Shown: positions 1 through 13,455 of the stretch, piece after piece
How positions within the stretch are numbered: position 1 is the stretch's first letter
Layout of the letters: each line of letters begins with the position of its first letter
DNA from: Octopus vulgaris
Lineage: Eukaryota
Length of the DNA: 64,000 nucleotides
NCBI GenBank assembly: GCA_951406725.2
Contig: OX597814.1
Location: 223,014,001 to 223,078,000 of the forward strand
Direction: 5' to 3'
Position numbers and translations under genes: made by a program
The notes under the pieces: model-generated
Databases searched by the model: none
What the model saw: only the letters and a program-made list of their open reading frames with translations
What the model was told of the DNA's origin: nothing

Positions 1-137
1 GAATGTTATATAAAGATTCTATTTTGTAAATTTATCTTAAGAAAAACACTTTATTTCACGTTGCTCCAGTTCACTCAGCTGTAGAAATGAATTGGTGCCA
101 AGCTGTATTGGTATTTGCCTTTCCCAGGGTTAATATC

Positions 138-550
138 TATTTCTTTACTACCCAGAAGGGGCTAAAAACAGAGAGGACAAACAAGGACAGACAAACGGAT
201 TAAGTCAATTATATCGACCCCAGTGCGTAACTGGTACTTATTTAATCGACCCTGAAAAGATGAAAGGCAAAGTCGACCTCGGCGGAATTTGAACTCAGAA
301 CATAACAGCAGACGAAATACCTTTTCCTTACTACCCACAAGGGGCTAAACACAGAGGGGACAAACAAGGACAGACAAACGGATTAAGTCGATTATATCGA
401 CCCAGTGCGTAACTGGTACTTATTTAATCGACCCCGAAAGGATGAAAGGCAAAGTCGACCTCGACGGAATTTGAACTCAGAACGCAACGACAGACGAAAT
501 ACGGCTAAGCATTTCGCCCGGCGCGCTAACGTCTCTACCAGCTCGCCGCC
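138..550 (-). mobile_element. tRNA-derived SINE, head-to-tail dimer (family 1)
   Basis: Minus strand has an A-box-like head (GGCGAGCTGG), B box GAGTTCAAATTCC and body GCCTTTCATCCTTTCGGGGTCGAT. The second unit lacks the head. TSD-like tcccaggg(t/a)taatatc at 122-137 and 554-569. Confidence 0.9.
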
Positions 551-857
551 TTATCCCAGGGATAATATCGTTGACGTAGAGAGGAGAGCTGGTATGCATG
601 GGTATTTAGTGGTCTTCTGTAAAACACCTTGCTCGGAGTCGTGCCTCTGAGGATAACTTCTAGGTGCAATCCCATAGTCATTTATGACCCAAGGGTGTGT
701 TTACCCTTTACCGTGGTGAACTCATATCCCATTCGCATATAATATCGACAACTGTGATATCTTGGGTGGTTAGAACACTATGAATTTTCCTCAACAATGG
801 TTGATTAGGCTCATGACGGCAATATCAGTTTGATGTAGATATTCGGTATTTTCTCAC

Positions 858-1230
858 TTATATAAAATCCGTTCTGTCTGTCTGTGTGTGTGTCTTCTAG
901 GATCTCGGGCATCCTCCATCCGATTGGGCTCAAATTTGATATGTAGATACTGACGGTATCAGGGCGTGTATAAGTCTTGAAAAAATTACAAAAATCAATT
1001 CCAGGTGAGAATGCGATCGATAACGCCGTGGGAAGTCGTTTTTCTTTGGACTAGAAAAAAAAGTATATCTTTATTTCTTCTTTTGCTGGTGTCTCAAATT
1101 TAGGTTAAATCAGTACTTCTCAAAGGGGAGGCCTATAGGACGGTCGGACAAGTTGTTTTGAGAAAATTGGGTTTAAATGTTTGACAACTCAGCACCGTCC
1201 ATGAACCGGGGGTGTTTTGCTCGTATTTTA
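858..1230 (+). mobile_element. Non-autonomous Helitron-like element, 5' part with internal deletion
   Basis: Starts tatataaaatccgttctgtctgtctg and is nearly identical to parts of 31721-32550. Confidence 0.6.
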
Positions 1231-1852
1231 TATGTGTGCAACATTGCTCCCATTTATTTACTTTCGCAGCACCGACTTCTTCATACACCGCTTGCACACG
1301 TTTTATGATTAATATGTCTCATGGAGTAAACAAATAGATAGTATTTACGTTTATATACATTAATCTATTGCAAACATTATGGCACGTATTTTAGCTAGAA
1401 CATCGCACCAGATGCAAACACGCAGGTACGCATACAAACGCAGACACAGACATACATGTATGTTTGCATGTATGTATATATGTGTGTATGTGTGCATGCA
1501 TGTATGTATATGTGTACATACACACTCGCGTGTGTGAGTGTGTGTTTTGTTTATTTCGATTCAAATCTACCTTCTGTACAAATTTACCTGTACAAAAAAG
1601 ACTGACAATCACATCTTTGCACTCACCTTAATTTCCTCTTGTCTTCCCAATCTCCTTACCTTTGCGCTCGCTCTCTTACCTTACCATATCAACGGTTTCT
1701 TCACACAAAACTAATCATTACATGCAAACATCAATATCTCCCAATCCCACAAAATTATCTCTCTATAGGCATGCACACAACAGCACACGCTCTAAAAGAC
1801 TTATACACTACTCCCACTATACGACGGCTTTGTCCCTTCACCATTGTCTTTC

Positions 1853-1935
<83 letters not shown>

Positions 1936-3215
1936 CTAGCAGAGATACCCGGCGTTGCTAGAGTTACATACATTTGCAGAATTACTTTTCTGTTATATTT
2001 TCTCTAATGAAATGGAATATCTCTGTTTCAATTTTCATCAAAATTGCAGATGAGGGTTATTTCCCTCTTTACACACACCCAGTACTGATTTATATGCGCA
2101 TATTCCAAAATTCCAGTCTTATTGGACCTGTTAAAAAGATTTTGCTCCTGAAAAATGAAGGTCATAGAGCTCTGAAATGTGAGAGTTAAGGCCCCTGTTT
2201 GGGTGGGCATATTAATGTCAACCAGAGAAGTTGAATTGTTGAGAATCTTTTTACTTGGGTCTTATATCTATTGTTTGAATTTCTTTAAAATAGGAAATAT
2301 ATATTCACTGGGTTTGTAAAAGAGAGCAAAGCTACAGGAAACCAAAAGACGAATGATCACAATAAGCAGTCAGTTACCCTACCCTAGTCGTTACCACTCC
2401 CAATGTAGGATTCCTCACCATCCAGGTGACAGGCACAGCCGTAAGATGCATTACAAATATATAGCAATTGGAAGGGCGTGACCCAACCGAATTAAACATT
2501 AACAACTGTGTGACGTGAGGGCTAAGGAGAAATGAAAGTTGGAGTTTGCAAATGACCACAGTACTGATATGTAACTGGACAGAATAAATTTAAAATCTAT
2601 AAACGTCTTTGAATAAGCAGTCACTCATCTATGAAGGCCTTGAAATCAATGTTACCATCTGGGGACAATGTGTGACCGAGTGATAATAAAAAGACTGAAA
2701 GGACGTCTGCAATCAAATAACTTTACTCAACACTTTGCAACTGAATCAGTGGAGGCAAAGATGCCTCTCATTTACTTGACAATTTATGCACCACATTGCA
2801 GAAATCACAATGTAAGTGTATGTCAAAGCTAACTCTTACACTGTTGTACCATTGAATTACAAATAATGCTCAACTTTTATGCTCAGGTAACCCTACAGCT
2901 TTCAAGAGCATAACTGTATTCGTTTTTGCTTTGATAAAATGACAAAATTGTGGGTGTTAAGTCCCCATGGTGGGGTCTTTATAAGTTGTAAGAAGATGAA
3001 ATTTTATAAATATTACTTCGTTTTTATCTAATATCTATGGTTAAAATTTCCTCAACTGCAAAAAAATATGAATTGTCATGGGGTTATGGCCCTTATGCAT
3101 AGAATTTCCAAATTTCATAAAGATCCATTCAGTAGTTTTGACCTAGTTTTGGATCAAAAAAGAAATGACTAAAGAGACAAAGACACACACATACACTTAC
3201 ATATATATATATATA
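1936..3215 (-). mobile_element. Non-autonomous Helitron
   Basis: Minus-strand 3' end has a gcaacgccggg hairpin followed by ctgCTAG|t (CTAG at 1936-1939), like the end at 38665-38692. Helitron-like 5' segment (actactgaatggatctttatgaaattt) near 3110-3140. Confidence 0.6.
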
Positions 3216-3404
3216 CATACTACAAAATTAGAGAATGGAGAAACATACTTAAATCAATAAAACATCAACTATCCGATGATACCCAATCAATACTTTAATA
3301 CACCATTACATATGAGTAGAGGCATTATACAAAAAGAGATATACATTAATAGTAAAAAGATAAAGAGATATAAGTAAAAAATTTCAAATATAATATGCAA
3401 TTAA

Positions 3405-3522
3405 TCAAAACTGACAGCTGTTTCGGCAGTGAGGGCAGTCATACCTCATTTAACCTATAAGCCATAAAGGCAGGTATAAATGAGGCATTAACAAGGATGC
3501 CCCACGGCCTCTTCAGAGAATT
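3405..3522 (-). ncRNA. Hammerhead ribozyme motif (type I, long stem II)
   Basis: Minus strand: CTGAAGA (3510-3516), an ~85-nt hairpin stem II, then GAAAC AGCT GTC with palindromic ACAGCTGT. Stem I is weak. Confidence 0.7.
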
Positions 3523-3937
3523 AAATTAAATTTGTTATAATTGTGAAAAATATTATATAATCATATACATATAAATATAAAAATATAAAAATGTAAAATA
3601 TAAAAACTTATACATCATAATGCTACACTTATATAATATAATACACATTGGTACAATAAAGGAAGGTAAACAGAACAAAATAAAACAAAATATATATCAG
3701 TGTATATATTAATATTAATAAGTACCGATATTATACATATTTGGCTAATATTTTTTTTTTTTATTTTATTTTTTTTTTTTTTTTAAATAAATGTTGGGTA
3801 CCTATCTGGCAGTATATTGGATATATATTATCCCATGGTGGGTTGAATTTTCAACCCCTATCTCATTTTATAACCTATATATATACATATATATACGATT
3901 GGTTTGTTTCAGTTCCCGTCTACGAAATCCATATATA

Positions 3938-6460
3938 TTGTTGCTGGCATCCTTTTTGTCTCGGGATACAATAGAGTTGCGCATAAAATAGTCTAGTCCG
4001 GCTTTTACATTTCATGTCCTCATACATTTCCTGCTGTGTAGTCCTATCCTGGACAAACTCACCTTCTGGCAGGTACCGCAAATGTAGCGAAGACTTTGCC
4101 TGGCTGGTTGTAATGTCATAGTTTCTTGTTGACGTCTTTTCTTGTCTTTCCATTTCTCCTCTCTTTCTCTGTCACTCCTTTGTATTCCCTCTTTTACGGT
4201 GCGTCGCCATGGCAACTGCTTCCTAGTTGGTAATATTGATGTTGCAGGCATTCATGTCCCTTTTGCAAACATCCTTGTATCGTAAGCACGGTCTTCCCAC
4301 AGACCTAGTGCCCCTAGTAAGCTCTCTGTAGAGTATGTCCTTGGGAATTCTGCCATCTTCCATACAGCTAACATGTCCAAGCCATCCCATACGTCTTTGT
4401 GTGAGGAGTGCAAACATGCTTGGTATTCCTGCTTGCTTGGGGACATCTTTGTTTCGGATATGATTCTGCCATTTGATGCGAAGGATTTTCCGGAGGCAGC
4501 GCAGGTGAAAGATATTTAGGCGACGTATGGCGTATGTATGGCGTCCAAGTCTCACTTCCATACAGTAGAGTGCTAAGTACACATGCCTGGTAAATATTCA
4601 TCTTTTGGTCTTGGTCAGCTAATTGTCCCATGCCCGTTTGGATAGTTGGTCCATCACAGCAGCTGCCTTGCCAATGCGTATATTGAGCTCAGTATCAAGG
4701 GATAGGTTGTAGGTGACGGTAGAGCTAAGATAGGTAAACTTCTCCACCTCTTGTAGTCTGTGGTCACCAATATGTATGTTTGGGATGTCCGATGTAGCCT
4801 GACCCATGATGTTGGTCTTCTTGAGGCTGATAACTAAGCCAAAGTCGCTACATGCTTGCTCAAAACAGCTGATGAGCCTTTGTAGGGCTTCTTCTGTGTG
4901 TGATACCAGAGCGGCATCATTAGCAAATAGCACCTCCTTGATCAGGACGCTTCTGATTTTGGTCTGGGCACGCAGACGCGAGAGATTGAACAGTTTCCCG
5001 TCACTTCTACTGTGCAGAAACACTCCATCATCTGATGTCTGAAAGGCATGTGACAGCAGCAGCGAGAAGAAGATGCCAAACAATGTGGGAGCAAGGGCAC
5101 AACCTTGCTTTACTCCATTTTTTATTTGGAAAGCGGTTGATATTGAACCATTGTGCTGTATGGTGCCTTGCATATCATCATGGAAAGATTTGATGATCCT
5201 CAGCAGCTTTGGTGGACATCCGATTTTTGGAGCAGGATGAATAGGCCTTTTCTACTTACCAAGTCAAAGGCCTTTGTCAGATCAATGAAGGCCATATATA
5301 ATGGCATTTTCTGCTCTCTGGATTTCTGAAGTTGGCGTATGGAGAATATCATGTCAATAGTTAATCTGCTTCTTTTAAAGCCACACTGCGATTCTGGATA
5401 AATTCGAGAGGCAAGCAGTAGTAGCTTGGACAGGATAACGCGAGCAAAAGCCTTTCCAACAGTGCTTAGAAGAGATATTCCACGGAAATTGTTACAATCA
5501 CCACGTACACCTTCGTTTTTGTAAAGCGTAATGATGTTAGCATCCTGCATATCCTGAGGGACTGTACCATCTCCCCAGCACTGACACAGAAGCTCATGAA
5601 GGTGCCGACCAGGATAGTGTTTTTGCCGGGGATGACGTCTTTTCCGGGAGCATTGTTACTTGCTAGGGAGTCAATAACCTTGGTGAGCTCTGCTATAAAT
5701 GGCAGACTGTCAAGTTCACACATGACTGGCAAGATCTTGACACCCTCGATTGCAGCCTCAGCTACCGTGGTCTCTCGTAGAGGTCCTGGTAGTACTCCAG
5801 CCATCTATCCATTTGCTTGCTTTGGTTCTTGATGAGATCTCCAGTAGTTGATTTCAGAGGGGCTGACTTTGTTGCGGATGGACTGAGGGCCTTCAAACCG
5901 GCATACATTCCACGGGTGTCGCCACTGTCGGCAGCTGACTGGATACTGTGACAGATTTCCTGCCAATACCTATTTGCACAGCGTCTGGCAGTCAGTTGGG
6001 TCTTATTTCTTGCCTTTCTGAGTTCTTCGAGTGACTTTGTAGAAGAATCACTCTTGCATTGCATCAGAGCTGCACGCTTTGTTTCGATAACTGTTTCCAG
6101 CTCTGAGAGCCCAGCACTGAACCAATCTGGGTTTTGCCTTTCTCTCATGCCGAAAGTATGTATTGATGTGGTATACAAAGCTTCCCTGATATAATTCCAC
6201 CTACTTTCAGCAGAGGAGGTTGGGCAGCTACTGAGGGCAACCTTGATAAAAACAGCAAAACATTTTCGCAGTGTAGGGTCCGAAGTTCTGGCAGTGTTAA
6301 TGCGTGGTCGGCCCATTGTCTTGGAGTGATGGACTTTCTTGGGCAGAATCCTCAGTCTGCTTCTTATTAGTGAATGATGTATGTCACCATCCGCACTGTG
6401 GTAACTACGGGTCAGTTGAACAGAATTCAAAAGGGATCTTCGTGTAATGATGAGATCACT
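3938..6460 (-). mobile_element. RTE-clade LINE, 5'-truncated and frameshifted (APE C-terminus plus RT)
   Basis: ORF fragments DLIITRR...SYHSAD (endonuclease end), FRGISLLS, AFIDLTKAFD, GVKQGCALAP, LFAND (mutated FADD) and LLYGSETW. CAA-type tail near 3940. Confidence 0.95.
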
Positions 6461-6490
6461 ACACGAAGCCAAGCCAAGCCAATGATTCCA

Positions 6491-6730
6491 GTGGGCCGGT
6501 GGCTGTGTACAGTCGCCTCAATGTCGCCCAGAGCGAGCTCTGGTTGCCATAGCATCGACTGTGGGCCGGTGGCTGTGTACAGTCGCCTCAATGTCGCCCA
6601 GAGCGAGCTCTGGTTGCCATAGCATCGACCGTGGGCCGGTGGCTGTGTACAGTCGCCTCAACGTCGCCCAGAGCGTGCTCCGGTCGCCATAGCGTCGACT
6701 GTGGGCCGGTGGCTGTGTACAGTCGTTGCC
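6491..6730. repeat. 70-bp GC-rich minisatellite, ~3.4 units
   Basis: gtgggccggtggctgtgtacagtcg recurs at 6491, 6561, 6631 and 6701. Confidence 0.95.
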
Positions 6731-6826
6731 CATGACATTCCATGTAAAGCATGTGTAATATTTGAATAAAATTGGTTGTGTAGTTCTCAAGTTTTAGGGA
6801 TTCAGACAGACACACATTCTCAGTTT

Positions 6827-6865
<39 letters not shown>

Positions 6866-6890
6866 ATATACGTACATACATACATATATT

Positions 6891-6927
<37 letters not shown>

Positions 6928-6984
6928 TATGTATGTATGTATGTATGTAAGTATGGATGCATGCAAGTATATGTGTGTGTGTAT

Positions 6985-7710
6985 GTGATTGTTCAGTTTT
7001 ATTTAAAGATTTCCTTCCAATAGAGAAAGAGCCAGTTTCTAACCTAGATTCGAGGTTCCTTCATTGGAATTACAACATCAGCAACAGAGTATTTTTGTTT
7101 TTATGTCTCTTCCATTTTTTAATAATAATAAATCTTCCAATGAGGAGGTAGCCTGTTACCGACAATGATACAAAGCTCTATCTTTGGGACAAATTCACAT
7201 TTGGAACTTGAGAAATGTCTTGCATATTTTTACTGTTCCACTCATCGATAGCATTTGTGATGAACGAATTAGCCGGTCGATTTCTCCTTCTGAAAATCCA
7301 TCCCAGTTTATCTAAATTCCCCCTTAAGCATTTACTACAAAACCTAGTGCTCCAATTATTGTTGGCATGAATATCAATTCATAGTCTGGATATAGAAGCT
7401 GGAAGTTTCGAAGCAGTTGTCCATAGATATCCACTTTTTCTTTGATTTTCAAAGAGATATTTATATCTGAAAGGTAGCTGACCTCTATGGTGGTACACAC
7501 CTTTTCCCCTCTGTCCCAAGCAACAATATCTGACCTGTTATGTTTACATTTGACAGAAGTTTTGATGGGAATATTCCACCAGTATTCCTTGAGTTGGTGT
7601 TTATGAATGTATTCCATAACAGAGGGATTTTCTAAGATTATTTCAGAACAGTCTTTTTTGCAGATGGCATTGTAAATTGTTTTAGCAACAACATCGTGCC
7701 GCATAGAGAG
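6985..7710 (-). mobile_element. R4/Dong-like (RLE endonuclease) non-LTR element, 3' fragment
   Basis: RHDVVAK...YWWN...HNRSDIV...IEVS...PTIIGALG is the restriction-like endonuclease tail. Homologous to 22430-22790. Confidence 0.85.
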
Positions 7711-7711
7711 G

Positions 7712-8180
7712 TATTAGGTTGTCAAGAAAGTTCTTGCGGAATTTTCAATTTTGCTTTTAAATTATGTATTTTCAAATTAATTTTCGTTAAGTCCCTTTGA
7801 CTTTATATGTCATTTTAAAGCCCGTTTGTTTTTGCTCTATCTAATCGTGTTACTGTTTTACGTTTTGAAGAATTAGGCCATTTTTGCGGAACGTTGAATA
7901 CATGGGCAAAAAGCAAATTCACACAATTTTCTTATTCCAGTTCAAGCTCGCGATATCAACGTACAGCACAATGGTGGTTCAAGAGATTTCGCTAGCGGCG
8001 ACATGATTCTTGAAGATGATAAGCGTAGTGGTCGGCCATCAGATGTTGACAACGATCATCTAAGAGCCTTAGTCGAAGCCAATCTTCGCAAAACTGTTCG
8101 AGCGCTTGCTTCTGAATTAGACGTAACGTACACGACAATTTCCAATTCCTTGAAAGAGATTGGAAAAACAAAAGTATCTG
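7712..8180 (+). mobile_element. Mariner transposon, 5' fragment
   Basis: TIR-like tattaggttgtcaagaaagttc. Translation WFKRFRSGD.ILEDDKRSGRP...TVRALASEL matches the transposase HTH region. Confidence 0.85.
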
Positions 8181-8658
8181 AGAAATATATATGAAGTGTA
8201 ATATGATGTAGCGGTCCTGAGTCTAAGAGAGCTGTGCTTCATGTCGATATTACTTTCTTTTTCAAATCTTCAGAAACATACCCAAGCATAGACCTTTTTT
8301 TTTTTAGTAAGCTGAGCGTTTTACGAACAGCTTATGTCTGAGATACGTTAGTCCAGCTATTTTGATAATGAATGGGACGTCGTAAACAAGACAGTGCTTC
8401 TTGAAGAGATCACTGCCGATACACTGGATGTAGTTCTCTTCACTTTTCAGCACTAAATTTACGCATTTATTTTTTTTACTGTTGTTTATCAAATACCCTA
8501 TATACATGTATGAATGGAGAATACACACACACACACACACACACATACACACACATACACGTATATATATGAGTTGTAATAATTAATTGAATGCAAATAG
8601 TGATTTTTGAAAGAGGTTCATGCGTTCGTTTCAGGTTTGTATAATATATAAACGAAAG

Positions 8659-8850
8659 ACAGCGAGCTGGCAGAAACTTTAGCACGCCTTCGTCTGTCTT
8701 TACGTTCTGTGTCCAAATTCTACCGAAGTCGAATTGGCCTTCCATCCTTTCGGGGTCGATAAATTAAGTACCAGTTGCGTACTGGGGTCGATCTAATCGA
8801 CTGGCCGCCTCCCCCAAAATTTCGGGCCTTGTGCCTAGAGTAGAAAAGAA
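8659..8850 (+). mobile_element. SINE family 1, alternative tail, anticodon-like hairpin deleted
   Basis: gcgagctggcagaaac head and TCCTTTCGGGGTCGAT body. 16-bp TSD aatatataaacgaaag at 8643-8658 and 8849-8864. Confidence 0.9.
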
Positions 8851-9311
8851 TATATAAACGAAAGCATCCATTACGTATTATATATTACGCAGGCCTGAAA
8901 CGTACGTATTGAAATGTTTTCAAAATATGACATTTTGGTTTCACTCCATTATCACAACTGATACAACTCCATGCTAGTAAAAACTAACCGGTCGACAGTC
9001 CACTTATGCAGATTCTCTAACAACCATTCGGAGTAGTTTGATATATTTGACACAAATCGACAATTCTGGTACCGCGAACCGCTTCTTAGCTTAACAATGA
9101 ATAAATATATGCATATATTCTTTTATTCTTTTGCTTGTCTCAGGAATTTGACTGCCACCATGCTGTAGCAGCGTCTTTACTCTAACAAATCGACCCCAGG
9201 ACCTATTCTTTGTAAGCATAGTACTTATTCGGTGTGTTTTGCCGAACCGCTAGGTAAGCAGACCAAAATCGGTTGTCAAGCGATGGTGGGGGCACAAATA
9301 CAGACACACAA

Positions 9312-9356
<45 letters not shown>

Positions 9357-9361
<5 letters not shown>

Positions 9362-9510
9362 CAAAATGGGACAAGAACGCAAAACATCCGGACAGCTAGG
9401 TGATAGAAAAAGGGACAACAAAACATCCAGATAGATGATACCAAAAAACAAAGAATGGGTCATTCGAAGCTTTCTATCCTCAGTCAAGAACCGGATCATC
9501 CTCGCAATTT
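9357..9510 (-). mobile_element. PLE-like terminal fragment in (TA)n, same family as 15403-15963 and 10945-11025
   Basis: Shared sequence aaaatgggacaagaacgcaaaacatccggaca. Minus strand contains CTGAGGA-TA-GAAAGCTTC. Confidence 0.55.
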
Positions 9511-9731
9511 GTCACACAATTCTAAGATAACAGATTCGATTCTTGGAATGTACACTGCATTGTACTCTTGAGCGATTCATTTCATTTTATATTGCTCCCT
9601 CCTACTTTGTCAGAAAGTTCATTAACTCGGTGATAGCATCAACTAATCACTCTTCAACTGTTGCATCCTGATGTGCACTTTAGGGCATCTCTGTCCACTT
9701 GCAACTGCATGGATACATAAAATAATTAGCA

Positions 9732-9734
<3 letters not shown>

Positions 9735-9762
<28 letters not shown>

Positions 9763-9777
9763 TAGCCAGACAGACAC

Positions 9778-9863
<86 letters not shown>
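9735..9863. repeat. (GACA)n/(GATA)n microsatellite
   Basis: Direct reading. Confidence 0.95.
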
Positions 9864-9865
<2 letters not shown>

Positions 9866-11022
9866 ACTCTAAATATATCCAGGATCTTACGTCGTAAACA
9901 GAATCGTCGTAAACACAATATGTTGAGAACTTATTCGAGAGAAAGCTTAATTGAAAGTCTTTTTTAAAGAATAATTTATCGAAATAAAAGATCGAAATAA
10001 AAGTTATTAGCTGGAGAAAAAGGACAAAATTTCTCGAACCTATAAAGAAGCGAGTACAATTGTTAGAAAATAATGCAACGATATGCTGATATTTGAATAA
10101 ATTCTTAAAAGAACACACAACATTAGTAAACGTATACGATAAAATGCTTTTGTGACAAGTCTGCATCTTAAGATGTGTAGAGGGTGATTGCCTCTCCTAC
10201 CGACTAGTAATCACCCTACCAGTGATACCATTATAGAAGTAGAGATGTTTTTCTAGTCATTGACTATAATAGACTACTATCGATATTTGCATTCTTCGTA
10301 AGAAAGCGCCCCAATTCTTTGACCCCTGATTGGTCAGAAACAGAGATAGCATGAACAAACGCTAAAAGGCTATGATAAACCAATTTTTTGATCTGTACTT
10401 GACAAGCTGATTATAGACAACTACATTACTTAAAATTAATCATGCGATGCACAAAACAGATCATATTGTGAGAACCCTTTTCTCTTTTCATTTTTTCTTC
10501 CTTCTTCTTGCGGTTTTGACTTCGATAAATGCTCGTAGTAAATGGATGTCAAAAATGACACACTTGGGTCATATACACATGTACTGCTTTCATCATTAGA
10601 TTCGCATGCTAGCTGTTATTATGGAGGTTCATGGCATAAAATTTGTATGCACTCAAAAAGAGGGAAAATAAATTATCAGATAAAATTTTATTAGCTTTCC
10701 TGAACGCCTTGTCATGGAAAACATTAGCTATTGAGAGAGGATTAAAAAATAAACATGTTAAGAGTATTTCATTATATTTGCGGTGGTGTTGAAATCCAAA
10801 ACAAATCCTGATACTTCCGTCCCCGTCGTCCTTCGAGTATCATAGAAAAATATTCCAGTGGTATACTGAATTTCGATTTAGAAGGCGACGATCGGGTGCA
10901 TGATAGTAACAAGCCGAAATGTGTCTCTCTATCTCGTGAGTCACTGCAATGGATGTTTTGTTGTCACTTTTTGTATCACCTAGTTGTCCGGATGTTTTGC
11001 GTTATTGACCCATGTGGTATTT

Positions 11023-11077
<55 letters not shown>

Positions 11078-11389
11078 TATATATATATAGATAGACTGAA
11101 GATTGAAGAAGCGAGAATGTGTATTGGATCACTGCAATTGTTTCGAACCACCGAGCATCGATTTCTCACTGGTGGGATATTGAACATGTTTGTACATCCA
11201 TATCTATTAAACATGCTTTACCGGTAAACTACCGGGTCTATACCATACGATTTATTAACTAATAATATATGCATACATACACACACACACACATATGTGT
11301 GTGTGTGTGTGTGTGTATTATGTATTATTCTCTTATTATTCTTTTATGTGTTCCAACCAAAGGCTGTGGCCGTGCGGGAGCTCCGCCCG

Positions 11390-12750
11390 CATTATTACCT
11401 TTTCAATAGCCGTTCATTTTTAATTGGTTTTGTTGAAAGCGAGATTTCGATATTATTGACCTCTTTGAGATTCTTACCGGGAAGTATGTCTATTTGGGAC
11501 TTTGACTAGCAGGATGTGAAGTTGGTTCTTGAGAACATCTATCACCACTCAATGTAAATCTCTCAGATGCTTTTTCAAGATATCAAGTAGGTGTGGGCCT
11601 TTGAATCATAAGCTATTGCAGTACATGGTACTCACATTAGATAGGATGGTGGGGCCTTGGAGCAGTGCAATCTCTGCCAGTAGCTCAGTTGTTCCATTAA
11701 TGCAATTTTCTCGGTGTAGCACCGCTGAACTGCCTCAAGTTCCGCTATGAATTTGACATTGTACAGTGACCACAGTTGTGGGTAGCAGTCCAGATGGCCG
11801 AGGAGAACTGTCTTCCATAGAACCAACTCAGTTTCCTTATACCCTGTTTTGAAAGTTCTCAGAATGCATCCGGCCATTTGCCAGTACATTACCTCATTCT
11901 AGGTGATATATACAACGAGACGTTGTTGCTCATATGAATCCCAGATCATGCACTATATTTGACTCTGTGACTGCTGCTCCCTTTGGTCCAAAGTTTCTTA
12001 GTTGTGGCATGTTAGCGCTAGCTGGTTAATGGCGGAGGGCTTGAGACTTATCATCCCGTGACCACCCTTATCAAATACCTTTGCAAAATCACATTCACAA
12101 ATGCGGGATTCAATATCCAGTTATAATGCTGCAAAAACTATGTAAGGCAGCTTTTTTCTGGAGAGGTAGTCATGCTGGGTGTTAGAGAGCAAGTCATTAT
12201 CTTCTAGGAACATGATCAGTTTCCTCCTGACAATGCGTCCTAAGACTTTACTGATATGTGAAGTTACAGAGACGAGCCTATAATTCCGTTCTCCTACCTT
12301 GTTTATACATAGGACAGATGCCTTCTTTTAACTTTTTGGAAAGTTTCGCAGCTGCAAGGAAACTTTAGAAGAGAGTCTGTAGTGGTCTTTGCATTTCTTT
12401 AGGAGGATTGCTGGGAATCCATCAGGGCATGTGGCTGAGTTTAAGCTCATTTCATCAATGGCTGATATTACATCAGTTTACTCCATTTTGATGCAATCAA
12501 TAATTGCCATCTCTTTGTGTAGCGCTGTTGTGCTTAAGATCTCATCAGGTGTAGCTGTTTGCAAGTGCCCCAACGGACACTTGGGAATGACAAACGTATT
12601 CACATTAATTTACACATTCAATATTCCACTTATCCTCTGGGGCTCCGTAGCCAATGTACCATTTTTTTCGTACAACCCTATCTGGTACCGGACTGAAACA
12701 GACTCTTTAGCAAGGTCATAGTTTTTATTATTTGTCTTTACAGTTTTTTA
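11390..12750 (-). mobile_element. Decayed CR1/L2-group LINE RT fragment
   Basis: ILRTFKT...LVLWKTVLLGHLDCYPQLWS...ELEAVQR. Upstream remnants of YRLVSVTSHISK and DFAKVFD. Confidence 0.75.
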
Positions 12751-13225
12751 CAGCCCAGCTCATTCACTTTTAGGAGAGGACAACATGTCTGCGGCAAGTA
12801 AATAATTAAGCACAATATATATTTATACTAAAGACAACAAATGCATTTAATATTGTTTAGATCTGCAGACAAGTCATTTCTTCATTGTCGTATTTCCGGT
12901 GCGGAATGCAAGTGAATGAAATTTTAATATATACGTACACATTAACAGTGTTCGATTTATGAAGTAAAATTGTGAAGTTGAGAAAGTGGTTTAATCTTGT
13001 TTTGAAAAGTAAAGTGAGAAAAATAAAGAAAGAATAAACTAGAAGGAAAAAAATAACAGCTTATAGTAAAAAGTTAAATCGAACTTAACGGTACGTAATA
13101 CATTTCATGCCAAATTTCGAAGGGGTTCTTAAAAAAAATTGGAATGTTTCGGAAATTTTTCGTTTACATATTTTCGTTTTGATTTACACTTACATATTTG
13201 AAAAACCTATTTGTGAGAGAATATA

Positions 13226-13455
13226 TATTTCTTTACTACCCACAAGGGGCTAAACACAAAGGAGAAAAACAAGGACAGACAAACGGATTAAGTCAATTAC
13301 ATCGACCCCGGTGCGTAACTCGTACTTAATTTATCGACCCCGAAAGGATGAAAGGCAAAGTCGACCTCGGCGGAATTTGAACTCAGAACGTAACGGCAGA
13401 CGAAATACGGCTAAGCATTTCGCCCGGCGTATTAACGTTTCTGCCAGCTCGCCGC
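13226..13455 (-). mobile_element. SINE family 1 monomer
   Basis: Full head, B box, body and tail matching 321-550. Confidence 0.9.

Noticed and set aside
405-650. Recurrent MRNWYL... ORFs (405, 19901, 63120)
   Set aside because: Antisense readings of the SINE family 1 body.
6491-6730. CRISPR-like array or HDV-like ribozyme
   Set aside because: The units are contiguous with no unique spacers, and I could not build the HDV nested pseudoknot by eye.
11091-11241. Hammerhead starting ataga CTGAAGA and ending tctat
   Set aside because: No GAAA core or convincing stem II/III at the 3' side.
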